64,000 nt of DNA, from positions 310,001 through 374,000 of the forward strand of contig NW_020844573.1 of NCBI RefSeq assembly GCF_003704095.1, in the 5' to 3' direction. Position numbers and translations under genes: made by a program. This DNA is from Pocillopora damicornis. Lineage: Eukaryota. Below are positions 12,352 through 24,366 of this stretch, in pieces. Below the pieces are notes generated by a model. The model made no database searches and was not told the DNA's origin. It was given only the letters and a program-made list of their open reading frames with translations. Every line of letters starts with the position of its first letter. Position 1 is the first letter of the stretch.

Positions 12352-15300
12352 CTCTGATAAAGATAAGCACGCTGCGAAAAACAATTCCTACTAATGTCTT
12401 ATTAGTTTATGTACAGAAAAAAAAAGATATTATGGGAAAAATAAAGAGACCGAGAAAAATTAATTCATTAAAGAGGTGTAAAAATTCATATATTAGATAA
12501 ATTAAATCCAGGGTAATTAAAAATTTTCTCATTGATTATCTTCTTTGGAAACAAGCTTATGTTTTGGTGGTAAAACGATATTAAAATCACCGATGTATAT
12601 AACCTATTGACCAAAGCTATAGATTGTTAATTATGCCCCGCTTTCAAAAGACCCGAAAAATTGACTTAAATAGTTGTAATTTGTTTCTCTCTTAAAAATC
12701 ATATAATTTTTTCGATTTATCTTTATTAGCTCTCTTTGTTCGCGAATGGGCAAAAGGATCTTAGAACACCTGAGCCTGCTTTTGGATCGCAACCGCATAA
12801 TGTTAGTAGTTTCTTAGCAGAATGTTCAGAGTACGAAAAAATCATTACCTGCAGATACATAACAGGCCAGATTACTACTGTAATGAGTAAAGTGAATTCT
12901 CAGAATTACAGTTTTGACAATGAAGAACTCATTCAAGACGTTCTTGATTCTAATCAAAGGATAATCCTTTGCCATATGATAAATCTTTCATAACCAAGCT
13001 TGTTTGGTCACAATGGCTCAAGACATTTGCCTCGTTCTTTTTTTTTTTTTTGCGGAACTTTGTATCCAGCAATCTTGACCTCACGATTGGTTATTAACGC
13101 ATATACATGCGTGCAAGTTTTCTATCACCTGAGGTCTGTCGATTTTTCTGATTGAAAGTATTTTCCGAAAAAATGTTCATTATTTTTCTAAAATTAAAAA
13201 CGATATCTGACTTCGACAAGTTAACTCGCCATTAAACTTGTTTAAATTCTGAAACAATCTACGACTCGATGTACACGAATTTCCTTTAACCTTAGGAAGA
13301 GCTTTCTTAAGCGAAGTTTCTTTCCCCTTTCTGAAAAAAATCTCTTACACCTCTTTAGCCAAGAACAGAAAACTGGGTTATGGTCCGCCTTGGTTCAAGG
13401 CGGGAGCTCATGGCTTAAAATCTTTATCTTTATCTTCAACTAAAAAGAAGAATATGTAACAGAAAGCCATAAAATGAGTTATTAGAGTCTCACTAAAAGA
13501 AAAGAAAAAAATTACTTACCTCAGCTTTTCTTTTATTGTTTTAAGAGGGCTTCCGTTATTTTCCCTCTATTGCCCAGAGGCCCACTCGGAAAGTGGCCTC
13601 TGTATAGTCCCATTCTCTTTTTTAAACAAGGCTCTATTTACACAGGAGACCGTACCTGTTTTTACGACACATACAATTGTTATTAAAGACACTTAAAATC
13701 GATTAGGTTGAAAAAAATATCTAAGAACAAAATTAAAAAACTAAGCTGAAACGCGTTATACAGTTTAAATTTTCCAATTTCTGCGTAAATAGTTTGTTTT
13801 TAATTTCGATTTAAGGATTGCCGAGCCGATTTGTTTGCGCTGAAAGAAAATGTTCCTCTCGAAAACGTTACGTAATGTTTGCTTTTAATAAGACCAGAAT
13901 CAATACAGATGTTTTAAGAGAGGCTGTAAGATATAGAAACTAAATTCACACTTTTATACCATCCACTAAGCTACCGTGTTCACAGTCAATTTCTTGCTTC
14001 CGAAGAACTGGCTTGTCATTCAACAGAAAAATCTCGGGATAAATTTGTGGATTTGTTAATTTCTCATTGCTTATTCAGGTTTTCAAGTTTTGCAATGTAT
14101 TTAAAGCCGATTGAAGAGTTTGCCTCGGTTTTTGAAAGATTTACTGCAAAATCAAGATGATGTACTATGCTTGAAATTTTTGTCAGGCTTCAAAGAAGAG
14201 AAAGCATTATATTTCAAACTTTTGCCACTTGAACCTGTCTTATTCCGAGACATGAACAACCATTCAGGAAACATTTTTCATCATAATTGGTTATAAAGGT
14301 ACAAATTGTTAACAGTTGTTTATTCGTAATACTTTTGATCAATTTTTAGTATTATACATCTAAAGATATTACACGTGAGGTATTTTAAACCGGGAGAAAT
14401 TATAGTTGACATGACCCACAGTATTGCAATCTTAGTTACATCAGTTCGAGATACATTCCTGTTCCTCACGATTGTATTCGTCACTTTAAAATTGAAAACA
14501 AGATAAGCTAAATCAACATCAAGATTCTTACAAACACAACTTTTACAGCCATGAAAAATGAGAAAAAAATATCTAGAAAAGCTCCTTTTACAAATCGTAT
14601 TGTGACTAATTGAGTATTATCATTATTACGTTCGTTTTTCTTCCACCAATACAAAGCTCTCGTAATCTTAATTAAAATTTAAGTGCCTTGATAACGCTAT
14701 AATAATCATCATCCACTGATTCAACACTTTCTGTAAACATCACCTCTTAAATTTGACCTAATGAGACGTGATCCAATTAAGGAGAAAATATTACGAAACC
14801 CGTTTATGACGGACGAGAATTAGCGTAAAGCGACATTAAAACGTTCTTTTTAATATAGGATTTTGTAAAGCTTCCTAGAATTAAACGGCTAATGCAATGC
14901 CCAGTTTGATTGTTTCTTTTCTCTCTTTTTCCTCAAAATAGTATTATCGCACTTGTCATACCAAATTTCCCTAGTTTGGAGCAATATACGGGAAACGTGA
15001 ATCCTTACTGTTTTCACCAATATTCCCATATCCAAAGTCCACTTTCCTAGGATTTTTATTCAAGAAAGTTTTTTTAAATCGAAAAATCTCATGTAAGGAT
15101 CAAATAAAATAAAAAATTGAAATAAGTATCCTTAACTTCATAGAAATTCTTTTTTCTTCGGAAAAACTGACGCTCCTGATTACTTCCTCAGCTACAAGTG
15201 CAACAACGAATTGTTCATGTGCCCACCGATTGAAGAACAAACGCACCATTAACCAAACCGAGGGCAAGATAATTGGACTTTGGTTGTTTTCTTCATTTTT

Positions 15301-15639
15301 TGCATTACCAACTGTAAACTGGGGCTTGATGGTAGGACAGAACGTAAAAATTAACGTGGCGGAAATGTTAAGGGGTGTCGTGTGACTTGGTGTTCGTCTT
15401 TTCCGCTCTGACTAAATTACTTTCTTATCTTTCTCGTTCAATCACTACACGCATTCTTTTCCCCTCAATTTTTGCCTCTTCTATCTCAAAATACTCTTGT
15501 TTTGTTTCGCTCAAGTTTTAAACTAACAATTAATTTGCGTTTTTCAATTTGAATAGCGTTTTACTAGGAGTCTATCGTGGACCTTTGATAACGAACGGAC
15601 TTCCGCTTATTAACTCCATTTACCCATGAGGTGCGGGAG

Positions 15640-15890
15640 GGAGAATGGTGAACGCGGTTGTTTAAGGTTCGAGAGGATCTGGGTTCCAACCCTAAGCAAA
15701 ACATTGAGTTGTGTGTGCGTGTGTGTGTGTGTTTTTTTTTTCAGCGAGACTTTTAACTCTCAAATAGGAGATGATACTGAGGATACAGGTTAAACTCTTT
15801 AACTGCAATCCAGAGGGAGCATCAGTACTCCTGGTCGTCATGGAAGCCGTGATAAGTCCTTGTAGAATGGGTCGCTTATTTTTTGTGCGG
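15640..15890 (+). mobile_element. Degenerate tRNA-head SINE containing a (GT)n microsatellite
   Basis: gggttccaaccct B-box-like motif, (gt)n at about 15710-15732, and the tail ...gtactcctggtcgtcatggaagccgtgataag shared with the other copies. Confidence 0.5.
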
Positions 15891-17143
15891 GCTGAGCCAA
15901 AGGGATTGAACCAGATTAAAAGTAAAAAGAGGCCTGTAGATAAGCGTATGTCAATTCCGAGTTGATGGCCATGCCAGCGCCACTAAAGAATGTAAACAAA
16001 CTATATTTATTTTTGCATTAAAAATTCATTAGTACTTCCGCTTTGGATCTTTAATTCTGTTCCAATTTTAAAAGTTGTCGACCAAGATGTCAAGTGCGCA
16101 ACACAGTCAAGCTAGAAAGGCGGAATTAATCAAGACTTCTACTCACTTTGAAACACATTCCACACTTAAAAACTGTGACAAACGTCGCGGCTCGATTAAA
16201 CATGCATGCCGGACTCAAAATGGAATAAATGGAAACGACACATTTAAATGAGTTAAATCCTTTGACACGGTAGCGTTATGTTCTTTCCGAAAATAGTCTA
16301 AAGAGAGAAATGGAGGGACTCGGGAGAGCGAGGAGAAATGCCATATTGTCTTACTATCAATTGTAACATTTCATCGAAAGCGTAGTTGCCATATATAAAA
16401 TTTAATCCATGCACTTCGTGTTCTTGTCTGGAAAACAATCTCCATATTAAAATAAAGGGGTTGAATTCGCTTAACATGCACATTGGTAGACACTGAGCTA
16501 GGAGAAAATATTGAATGTTGGACCTGTTTGTTTTTCGACATCTCTTTATGATTGAAATCTTTTTTGCATTCACCGCTGTGTCCCTATACTTAGGGAAACA
16601 GGAAGAAACGCGGGCATCTGGTAATCATCTTTAATGTCTTTAAAAGCAAGCAATATTTGTCGTAGCAAACATGTTCAGTTTTTCTTCTCAGTCCATTGGG
16701 TGCATGTATGAATTATTATTTTACAGTCATAGGAATGTTGTCATCAAATTGACTGGGTTCTGCAATCCAATTGTGACCGTCAAATGTATGGAAAAGTCTA
16801 ACTTAATTTTATTTTATAATAATGGCGGAATAAAATATTAGGGCCGGTTATTTACTCGATGTTTAATTTAAAGCACGGTTTTACGCAATCAGGGGGCCTC
16901 AGGCGTCTTCTATAGGAGGGTTGATTTAATCAAATAAATGTCCTTCTACTGTTTGCTTTCGGCCCTCTTGACGCTGTTCACATAAATAGATGTTTAGGTA
17001 AAAGGTTCAGCTAAATTGAGGATTGTTTGGGACGCGGTTTTGTTAAACAACGGTTAAACTTTGTTCAAATATTCAGACATCAAAGTGAACTAAGCACTTT
17101 TAAGAAGTGTCGCATCGGTGCCTTCTAAGGTTTTAACGATAAT

Positions 17144-17664
17144 GGATTATTCTGAAATTCTAGAACAAATGTTAAACATGTCAATTAAACATCGTTTATT
17201 GTTCAGCGCCTGAAGGACTTCACGAATTATCTGTGCAGCCTTTGGGGTACCAGAATCCTCCACTGAGGATTTTTCTTCACTGGTACATGCCGGAAAGAAC
17301 CACTAGAAATCATTTAACTTTGAATCTTAGAAATAATTAATTACTAAGCTAAACAAATTTTAATGACAGGTTTTCATCTATAGGTTATTGGATGAATTCC
17401 AAGTTTTTTGTTTTCTCCTGCTTTAATACTCTTACACTTCCCCTTGTCAAATAATTTTGTGAATTCTGGTGTGTCTACAACTTCCTCCTTCGTTATAAAA
17501 TAACCTTCACAGCCAAGAAAAAGGTCAGAGTTAAAACTAAAAAATATAGATACAACAGACGAATCAAACATTATGTTTAAACTGTTTGAGCATTCTCTGC
17601 AACATAAAGCGCCGTAACAGTTAAACATAGGGAAGGACACGGTCCAGTAGGTCATCTCCAGTTT
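17144..17664. repeat. ~520-bp block duplicated in the same orientation at about 22846-23380; probably a decayed TE coding fragment
   Basis: Colinear matches, e.g. tggattattctgaaattctagaac / tggattgttctgaaagtttagaac, tcaaataattttgtgaattctggtg, and acatagggaagga...ccagtag..atctccagttt. Confidence 0.8.
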
Positions 17665-18060
17665 CGCTCTCATCGAAGGGGAACTGAAAATTTTGTGAAG
17701 ATTCAATCTACCCATCCCCTGTAGCGACGTAAACTGAAGCTTAAAAGAGGATAATTGTTATAACACTAGAATAAGCTGGTATATTTAATTCATGTTGCAG
17801 TCTCGTAGAGATAACAAGCTTGATTTACACTCGTGAAAGGTTGTTTGTGTTCAGTCACCTTCATTTGAAATAAGTTTTGTTTTGTCTTCTTTTTATCGTT
17901 AGGACAACGCGTTGGAAAAGTGTTATATGATATCCTCCTGTCGAAGTATTGATTGCTGAATCGATTGTTGGGGAGGCCCTGAAGATAAATACTGACTTTC
18001 GTTAACAGAATATCAACTCTCGCCATAACTTTCTTCAACCTTAATAGACATCTTTGAAAT

Positions 18061-19011
18061 ATGACGACCTTAAACAACACAACAGAAGATTTAGGGAGCT
18101 CAGTGACAATTTCAGAGTCTCCATTTTGCATGCTAAATCCAAAGTGGCAAAACCTGAAGATTTTTTTTATAGCACTGAATATTCCTCTCTCCATCACGGC
18201 GTTTTTGGGCAATCTTCTGGTTATTACTGTACTTTGGAAGGTCCGCAGCTCCATGTGCCTTCATCCTTCCTCAAAGCTTCTGTACAGTTGTCTTGGGTTC
18301 GCTGATCTGTGCACGGGTCTTATTACACAGCCTCTGTTAGTCGCCTTCATATTCTCTCCAAAACACTCCAAAGGTTGTCTCTATCTACAAATCCCGTATG
18401 TCCTCACGAGCACAATTTTACGAGGAGTCTCGGTGCTAACAGTGACTGCGATCAGTGTGGACAGATATTTGGCTTTGGTACTAAGAATGAGATACAGAAC
18501 CATGGTCACACTTACAAGAATACGGACTCTTCTGGCTGTTTTTACCCTTTACACCATCAGCGGTTCAATGTTGTGGCTGTACAAATTTCGCATTGCCGCA
18601 GCCTTGACTGCTGTAACATTATTGTTGTGCTTTTTGACAGCAAGTTTCGCTTACTTGAGAATTTATCTAACCTTACGCAACCACCAAATTCAAGTTCAAA
18701 AACGTGTCTTCCAGCCACGAGAACAAAAATTCCAAATGAATATGGCTTGGTACAGTAGAACAGTGACTAGCGCGTTATGGATACAGTTCACATTACTTTT
18801 TTGCTATCTTCCATTTTCTACAGTCATAGCATTACGTGCAGTCATTGATGTTAGTAATAACCCTCATGCATCGGCGATTGATCTGGCATGGTACATCACA
18901 GGAGTTCTGTTTTTGTCAAACTCATCAATAAACCCGATACTTTACTGCTGGAAGATTAGAGGAGTGAGAGCTGGAGTGAAGGACATAATCAGACAATTTT
19001 GTCGTTTCTGA
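18061..19011 (+). CDS. Single-exon rhodopsin-like (class A) GPCR, 316 aa, cnidarian adenosine/melanocortin-receptor-like orphan type
   Basis: Seven hydrophobic segments, GN in TM1, FAD in TM2, DRY at the end of TM3, CYLP in TM6, NSSINPILY in TM7, and N-glycosylation sequon NNT near the N-terminus. Confidence 0.93.
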   Translation: MTTLNNTTEDLGSSVTISESPFCMLNPKWQNLKIFFIALNIPLSITAFLGNLLVITVLWKVRSSMCLHPSSKLLYSCLGFADLCTGLITQPLLVAFIFSPKHSKGCLYLQIPYVLTSTILRGVSVLTVTAISVDRYLALVLRMRYRTMVTLTRIRTLLAVFTLYTISGSMLWLYKFRIAAALTAVTLLLCFLTASFAYLRIYLTLRNHQIQVQKRVFQPREQKFQMNMAWYSRTVTSALWIQFTLLFCYLPFSTVIALRAVIDVSNNPHASAIDLAWYITGVLFLSNSSINPILYCWKIRGVRAGVKDIIRQFCRF

Positions 19012-19669
19012 AGTTTAAGGGGATAGTTTCCTCAGTTTTAGGCAATAATAGAAGTACTGACTGTCAGTACGACGTAGTAGCTTAAATCTCAGTGAGCTGA
19101 AAGGAAACGAAAAGAAAAAATATATTAAACATTATCGCCACATTTTTTTTATGACAACTCATCATCCAAAAGTAGTTTTTTAAAAACGTTTGCATTAATT
19201 TTAATCATGCTTCGATCTCCTCTGGTATAGCGTCTTTTTAGTAGTCATGGACCTTGTGTCAATAAAGAAAAACTAAGCTTGGTAAAGGAATACAAGGAGG
19301 TCAGCGTAGGAGAGAAAGGATAGAAAAATTCAATAAGTTGTCTTCGTTAAGCGTTCGCTAAAATAAGTCCCTTTTAACATGTTGTGATGTTTTCTTTGTC
19401 GCTGTTTGTCGGTAATAAATTATTCACTTCCAGGAACACGTCGAAAACTTTTGTTCTTCGATAAGAAATTGTCGCCTGTGGTTCCCTTCTCCTATACTGA
19501 GAAAAATGAATTGAAGTGAAATATTCTGATACAGTCTGCGGGTGTAATTAAACAATCGGAACCGTTTGCTAACCCAATACTCCCATGAGCCTTGGTTCAG
19601 ACATGAAAATTAAGGTCGCCTCCCAAGGACTCGCCTCAAACAAACGACAAATGACAGGGAAGACCATTT

Positions 19670-19830
19670 GCATTCGCTCTGATGAAGGGCCAATGATCGA
19701 AACGCCGGCTCTTGAAACCTTTATGGTGGCAAATTTACATTAGCAACTAGGATAAAACAAAATTCTCTGGTAATACCCTCCACTGAGGCAGCACCACAGT
19801 TTATTTGGAAACTTACTCCTTTATTCATTT
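19670..19830 (+). mobile_element. Penelope-associated-type repeat carrying a degenerate minimal hammerhead core
   Basis: CTGATGA-agggc-caat-gatc-GAAAC-GCC at about 19678-19706. Related reverse copies lie at about 7690-7765 and 36330-36410. Confidence 0.55.
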
Positions 19831-20715
19831 ACAAAACTACTTGTCGCCGACTGGTAGGTTAGGTCGCTTCACGCGCTGAAAACGTTCAGACGGTCTGAGA
19901 TCGCAAATAGAAAGCTGCGGATGTCTTCACGAATTTTTCTGTGATATGTTTGCTGTGGTTGATTCCCCAAGAGGAGAGCGTCAGTCTATAGAGGAAAAGA
20001 CGAATGTCAGCTGCGTCTTAGTAGGCAAGCAGGTCCCTATTATTACATGATTATTAGCGCTGCAGGACGCGCGTTTCTCCTCCCGCGGAGAGATCTTAGA
20101 AGAGCCAGAAAGTAGTTACCGGGAGTCTGATGCCTCAATATTACCTGTGTTAAACCCCTTGCAGACTTCTCGCCTACCCGTAAGCTAGCTGCGACTAAAA
20201 TTTTTAGATCATTAAATCATACTTGCGACGACGCAATTCTTTGCGAGACGGAGTGCATATCACCAATTTGACTGTTTGGCGCTTGTGAATAATTAATAAA
20301 GGTCATAATATGCTAATTTATTTTTGATCAATTCAACATAAATTTTCCTATCTCCAAGCTTCAAGGAATAGTTACGCTTACTTAGAAACTGAACATGGTA
20401 CAGACAAAGTTAAATTCGACCCAAATGGTCAGTAAAAATGTCAAGAAGAGTAAAAACTTTTTCCAATCTATACAACGGTGTGTCGCCGAATTTGGCATAT
20501 GTCTGATAGTGACTGGTAGTGACGGGTGACATAAACCTGTATACTTGCATAAAAACCTGACATTAAAACTTTCCTGTTCCTGTGAAAAATACTATCAGAG
20601 CTACGTTGATGTTTCAAAATTATATGTTGCGGCCACAGAATGCGCCTTAAAGCGATAATTTTGAGACACTGAATCATTGTTTCTTTTTTCTTAAGGAGAT
20701 TAAGAACTGAAGTAA

Positions 20716-20777
20716 ACCATGAACAGCTGTTTCGGTCTCATTAGACCTCAATTAGACCTCATCAGCGTAATATCTTC
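20716..20777 (-). ncRNA. Minimal type I hammerhead-ribozyme-like motif
   Basis: Minus strand reads gaagatattacg CTGATGA GGTCT aat(tgaggtctaat)g AGACC GAAAC AGCT GTT catggtttacttc. It has the conserved core, stem II, a short stem III with a palindromic AGCT loop, and an NUH triplet. Confidence 0.6.
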
Positions 20778-20935
20778 AAACAAATAATTCATTCACTGCC
20801 TCTAAAGAGTTTTTTTTTCCCAAAGAGGACTTCGAAACGTGTGGTTGAAAACATTTATTAAAAACGCAAGTCCCGATTACGAACTGGGAAATATTTATCA
20901 GAAGAGAGGCACCCAAAAAAATAGGAAAGACACAA

Positions 20936-21301
20936 NNNNNNNNNNNNNNNNNNNNNNNNNNNNNNNNNNNNNNNNNNNNNNNNNNNNNNNNNNNNNNNNN
21001 NNNNNNNNNNNNNNNNNNNNNNNNNNNNNNNNNNNNNNNNNNNNNNNNNNNNNNNNNNNNNNNNNNNNNNNNNNNNNNNNNNNNNNNNNNNNNNNNNNNN
21101 NNNNNNNNNNNNNNNNNNNNNNNNNNNNNNNNNNNNNNNNNNNNNNNNNNNNNNNNNNNNNNNNNNNNNNNNNNNNNNNNNNNNNNNNNNNNNNNNNNNN
21201 NNNNNNNNNNNNNNNNNNNNNNNNNNNNNNNNNNNNNNNNNNNNNNNNNNNNNNNNNNNNNNNNNNNNNNNNNNNNNNNNNNNNNNNNNNNNNNNNNNNN
21301 N
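20936..21301. other. Assembly gap (366 N)
   Basis: Run of N. Confidence 1.
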
Positions 21302-21550
21302 TATGATAATCATTTATTTTTTCATTTAAAATGTCTATTTTTTGGCATATGCAATACGCCCTACAAACAAAGAGAAAATTATTGTCGTTTATTAATTAAA
21401 AAATAACGGGATATGAAAGGTGATTGTAGGGCTTTTCACAAAGAGTCTCTCTCTTAATTAACAACAGGTAATGTTACATCGCCGAAGTGATCAAACTTGT
21501 TATAAAAAAGGCACTTTGAAGTGGCCTTTATATTTCTCTTTCTTGGTTTC

Positions 21551-22572
21551 TTAAAGGCTGGTATCCACAACTTCCACATCGAACCTAACATCACCTTCTA
21601 ATATTCTAAGCGGTGTCACTTTCGTCGAAGCAGCTCTTTTATCAACCCCTATTTCAATGTTTTCAACTTTCACAGTAGCTCGCCACCTTACAAATGATCG
21701 AGCCAACGCCTGTCGAAACTCTGGTATTCTAAATGCGTATATAATTGGATTTATAAATGCGCTCGAATAGTTGACAAAATTAATAGCCACCAAATATCTC
21801 TGAGGTATGTTGAGATCAGTTAGAATTACTAAGGTGTTTGAAATAATATATGGAAGCCAAGAAAGCAAGGCAAGAATAGAAACAAACAGCAAAGTCGTCG
21901 TCAGACGCTTATTTTGTAAGTCCCTATTTTGATGTTGTGTTCCAGGGACAGTTCCGCGTCGAAATTTTCTCCATATGGCGATGTTACAACCACACATGAT
22001 AGCAATTGATATCGAACCCAAAGTCAACCAATAATAATTATAATGTTCAAGAAAACGAAGGTAGAATGAAAGAAAATAGAGGGCGGTATCAAGGGTGGAA
22101 ATTGTCCACAGCATTAGAATTATAATAAGGTATGTTCGCTTCGTGAGGGATCGGTGTTTAAACGGCCGATATAAGGCGTAAAACCTTCACAGGATATGGA
22201 GGTCGCAGATACTAGTGAAGCTACTGTAGGAACGTTATCAGCAATAACACTGAAAGATTCGAGATAAATGTCCATTGATGCTGTCCATAGGTGGTAACCG
22301 ACCTCGCCAATTCGGTAAATATAAAAAGGAAGAGATACAGCCCCCAACATCAGATCTGCAACCGCCATATTGATGACGAGAAACAGACTTTTCTTGCGAA
22401 GTCTCTTGTTACCAACAAAGAGAACGATAGTGGGTATGTTTCCAATGACAATCAAGGCAGATGCCAGTACAAGAACACTGCACCAAACGATACTTTCAGC
22501 TTTAGAAGGAATATCACCTGATAACCCAGATCCGTTGTCTCTGCTGATGTTCACTGCTGTTGTTTTATTCAT
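21551..22572 (-). pseudogene. Class A GPCR paralogous to 24367-25347, frameshifted by a 1-nt deletion at the ERF (DRY-equivalent) motif; pseudogene or sequence error
   Basis: ORFs 22120-22572 (TM1-3) and 21551-22114 (TM4-7, NPIIY) join into one receptor if a base is restored near 22185. This copy reads TGT GAA GG TTT TAC where the paralog reads TGT GAG AGG TTT TAC. Confidence 0.82.
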
Positions 22573-22845
22573 CGCTGACTTTTGTCAGAATGTATGTAAC
22601 CGTTTTAGTTTCAAAGAGAGGTAGAGGATAGCTCAGCGTTGATAAGGATGGATCGCGGTCGAAGTCAAACTGCGGATATTTCGGTAAGCCTTTTATTTCC
22701 TTAAAAAGCATTTAAGCTTCAGCTTTAGCGGAATCGATATTCCCCTGGATTGTTCTGAAATTCTAGAACGGATGTTAAACATGTCAATTGCAATTGTTTT
22801 TCATAAATTTTTGAGCTTCAGCTTCAGCAGAACCAGTACTCCATT

Positions 22846-23380
22846 GGATTGTTCTGAAAGTTTAGAACGGATGTCAAATATGTCAAATATGTCAATTAAA
22901 CATTGTTTATTGCTACGTGCCCGAAGGACTTCAGAAATTTATCTGCGTAGCCTTTAAGGTGTCAGAAAAGTTCTCCTCTGATGGTTTTTTTTTTAGCTAG
23001 CACATGCCTGAAAGACTAGTTAAAATCATTAACTTTGAATTTTAAGAAAGAATTATTAGGCTAAACAAATTTTGATGGCAAGTTTTCATATGTGAAGATT
23101 GTTGGATGACCTAAGTTGTTTGCTTTCTGCCGCATTAATATTCTTACACTTCCTCGGTCAAATAATTTTGTGAATTCTGGTGAGTCTACAACTTCCGCGT
23201 TCGTTATGAGCTGAAAAAACAATTTTCACAGCCAGGAAAAGGTCAGAGCGAAAATTATAAAATATAGATATAGCAGATGTACCAAAAATTTATGTTCAAA
23301 CTGTTTCACGTTCTCGGTTACATGAAGCACAGTAACAATTCAACATAGGGAAGGAGACTCCAGTAGATTATCTCCAGTTT
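22846..23380. repeat. Second copy of the 17144-17664 block, bracketed by ~40-bp direct repeats
   Basis: Colinear similarity with the 17-kb copy. The motif tt(a/g)agcttca(g/a)ctt.agc.gaa.c....tggatt occurs at about 22711, 22811 and 23389. Confidence 0.75.
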
Positions 23381-24366
23381 ATAACATTTTAAGCTTCAAC
23401 TTTAGCGGAACCAATACCCCCATGGATTAGACGTTCTCCTTCCAATAGGCACCCCTCTTTTCGGCCGAAATTTTAAATATGATTCTGAACTTGAATTTTA
23501 GTTTGTTTACTTCGGTGGGTTAAGGGGATAGTTCATCTTTCACTGTATATCGATATCCTTAGCATATTTCACATATATTTTGCACTTCTTTGGTAAATTT
23601 CACTTCATTTGTTAATCATTTTTCTAATTCATTGCCTTGTATGCATTTCATATACAGGCCTTTGGCTCAGGTCGCAGAGAAAAGCACCATCCAAGGTTGA
23701 TGACTTACGGTATACGTTGATTCTCATGTTGTATTTTGGCTATTTATTATTCAGACATGTCTTACAGACGTTGTCAACCGATGTGTTCGTTGATTACTTA
23801 GGCAATTGAAAATATCTCACTGATTTTCACTACGAAGTATAAAAGCCCTAATCAAGAAACATAACAAGGATTGAAAAAGCCATGTGAGATTTATATTTTA
23901 TAAGTCATAGGAGCGTGCTATAGTTAAGTTTTGATTCCTTCTCCATTCGCGAATCTTTATGATTCACATGATAAGAGATGATAATCTCTGTAAGAGTTGA
24001 CGCTGACCCGAAATAACTGCGGGCCTTACTCAGCATAGGCAGCTGCTAGTAGCCAAAGTTCTTAGAAGCGCCAGTATACCAACGAGCTCGATCAGCAATC
24101 GAAAAAGCTGGCTCTTTAAAATGAGTATGCTACTCCACTATTTTTTCCGTGAATTAAATTCACCTTACGAAAAAAAGGCACAAAATAAAATGAGGTTTGT
24201 TAATCATGGTCAGATTCTCTAGATAAGCCTTTCTCTGATCTCTTAAGAACTCATGCACACGGTTAGATTACAAAGCACTGAGGCAATTTTAAAATGACTT
24301 ATTTAAAGAGAATATATAGCTTATATTCTCTTGCACATTTTAACTCTGTTTTTAATTTTTGGTTGA

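Noticed and set aside
17790-18758. ORFs overlapping the first GPCR in other frames or on the opposite strand
   Set aside because: Shadow ORFs with no recognisable motifs.
20839-21313. ORFs containing X runs (also around 49.1-49.4 kb and 52.9-53.3 kb)
   Set aside because: Artefacts of N gaps.
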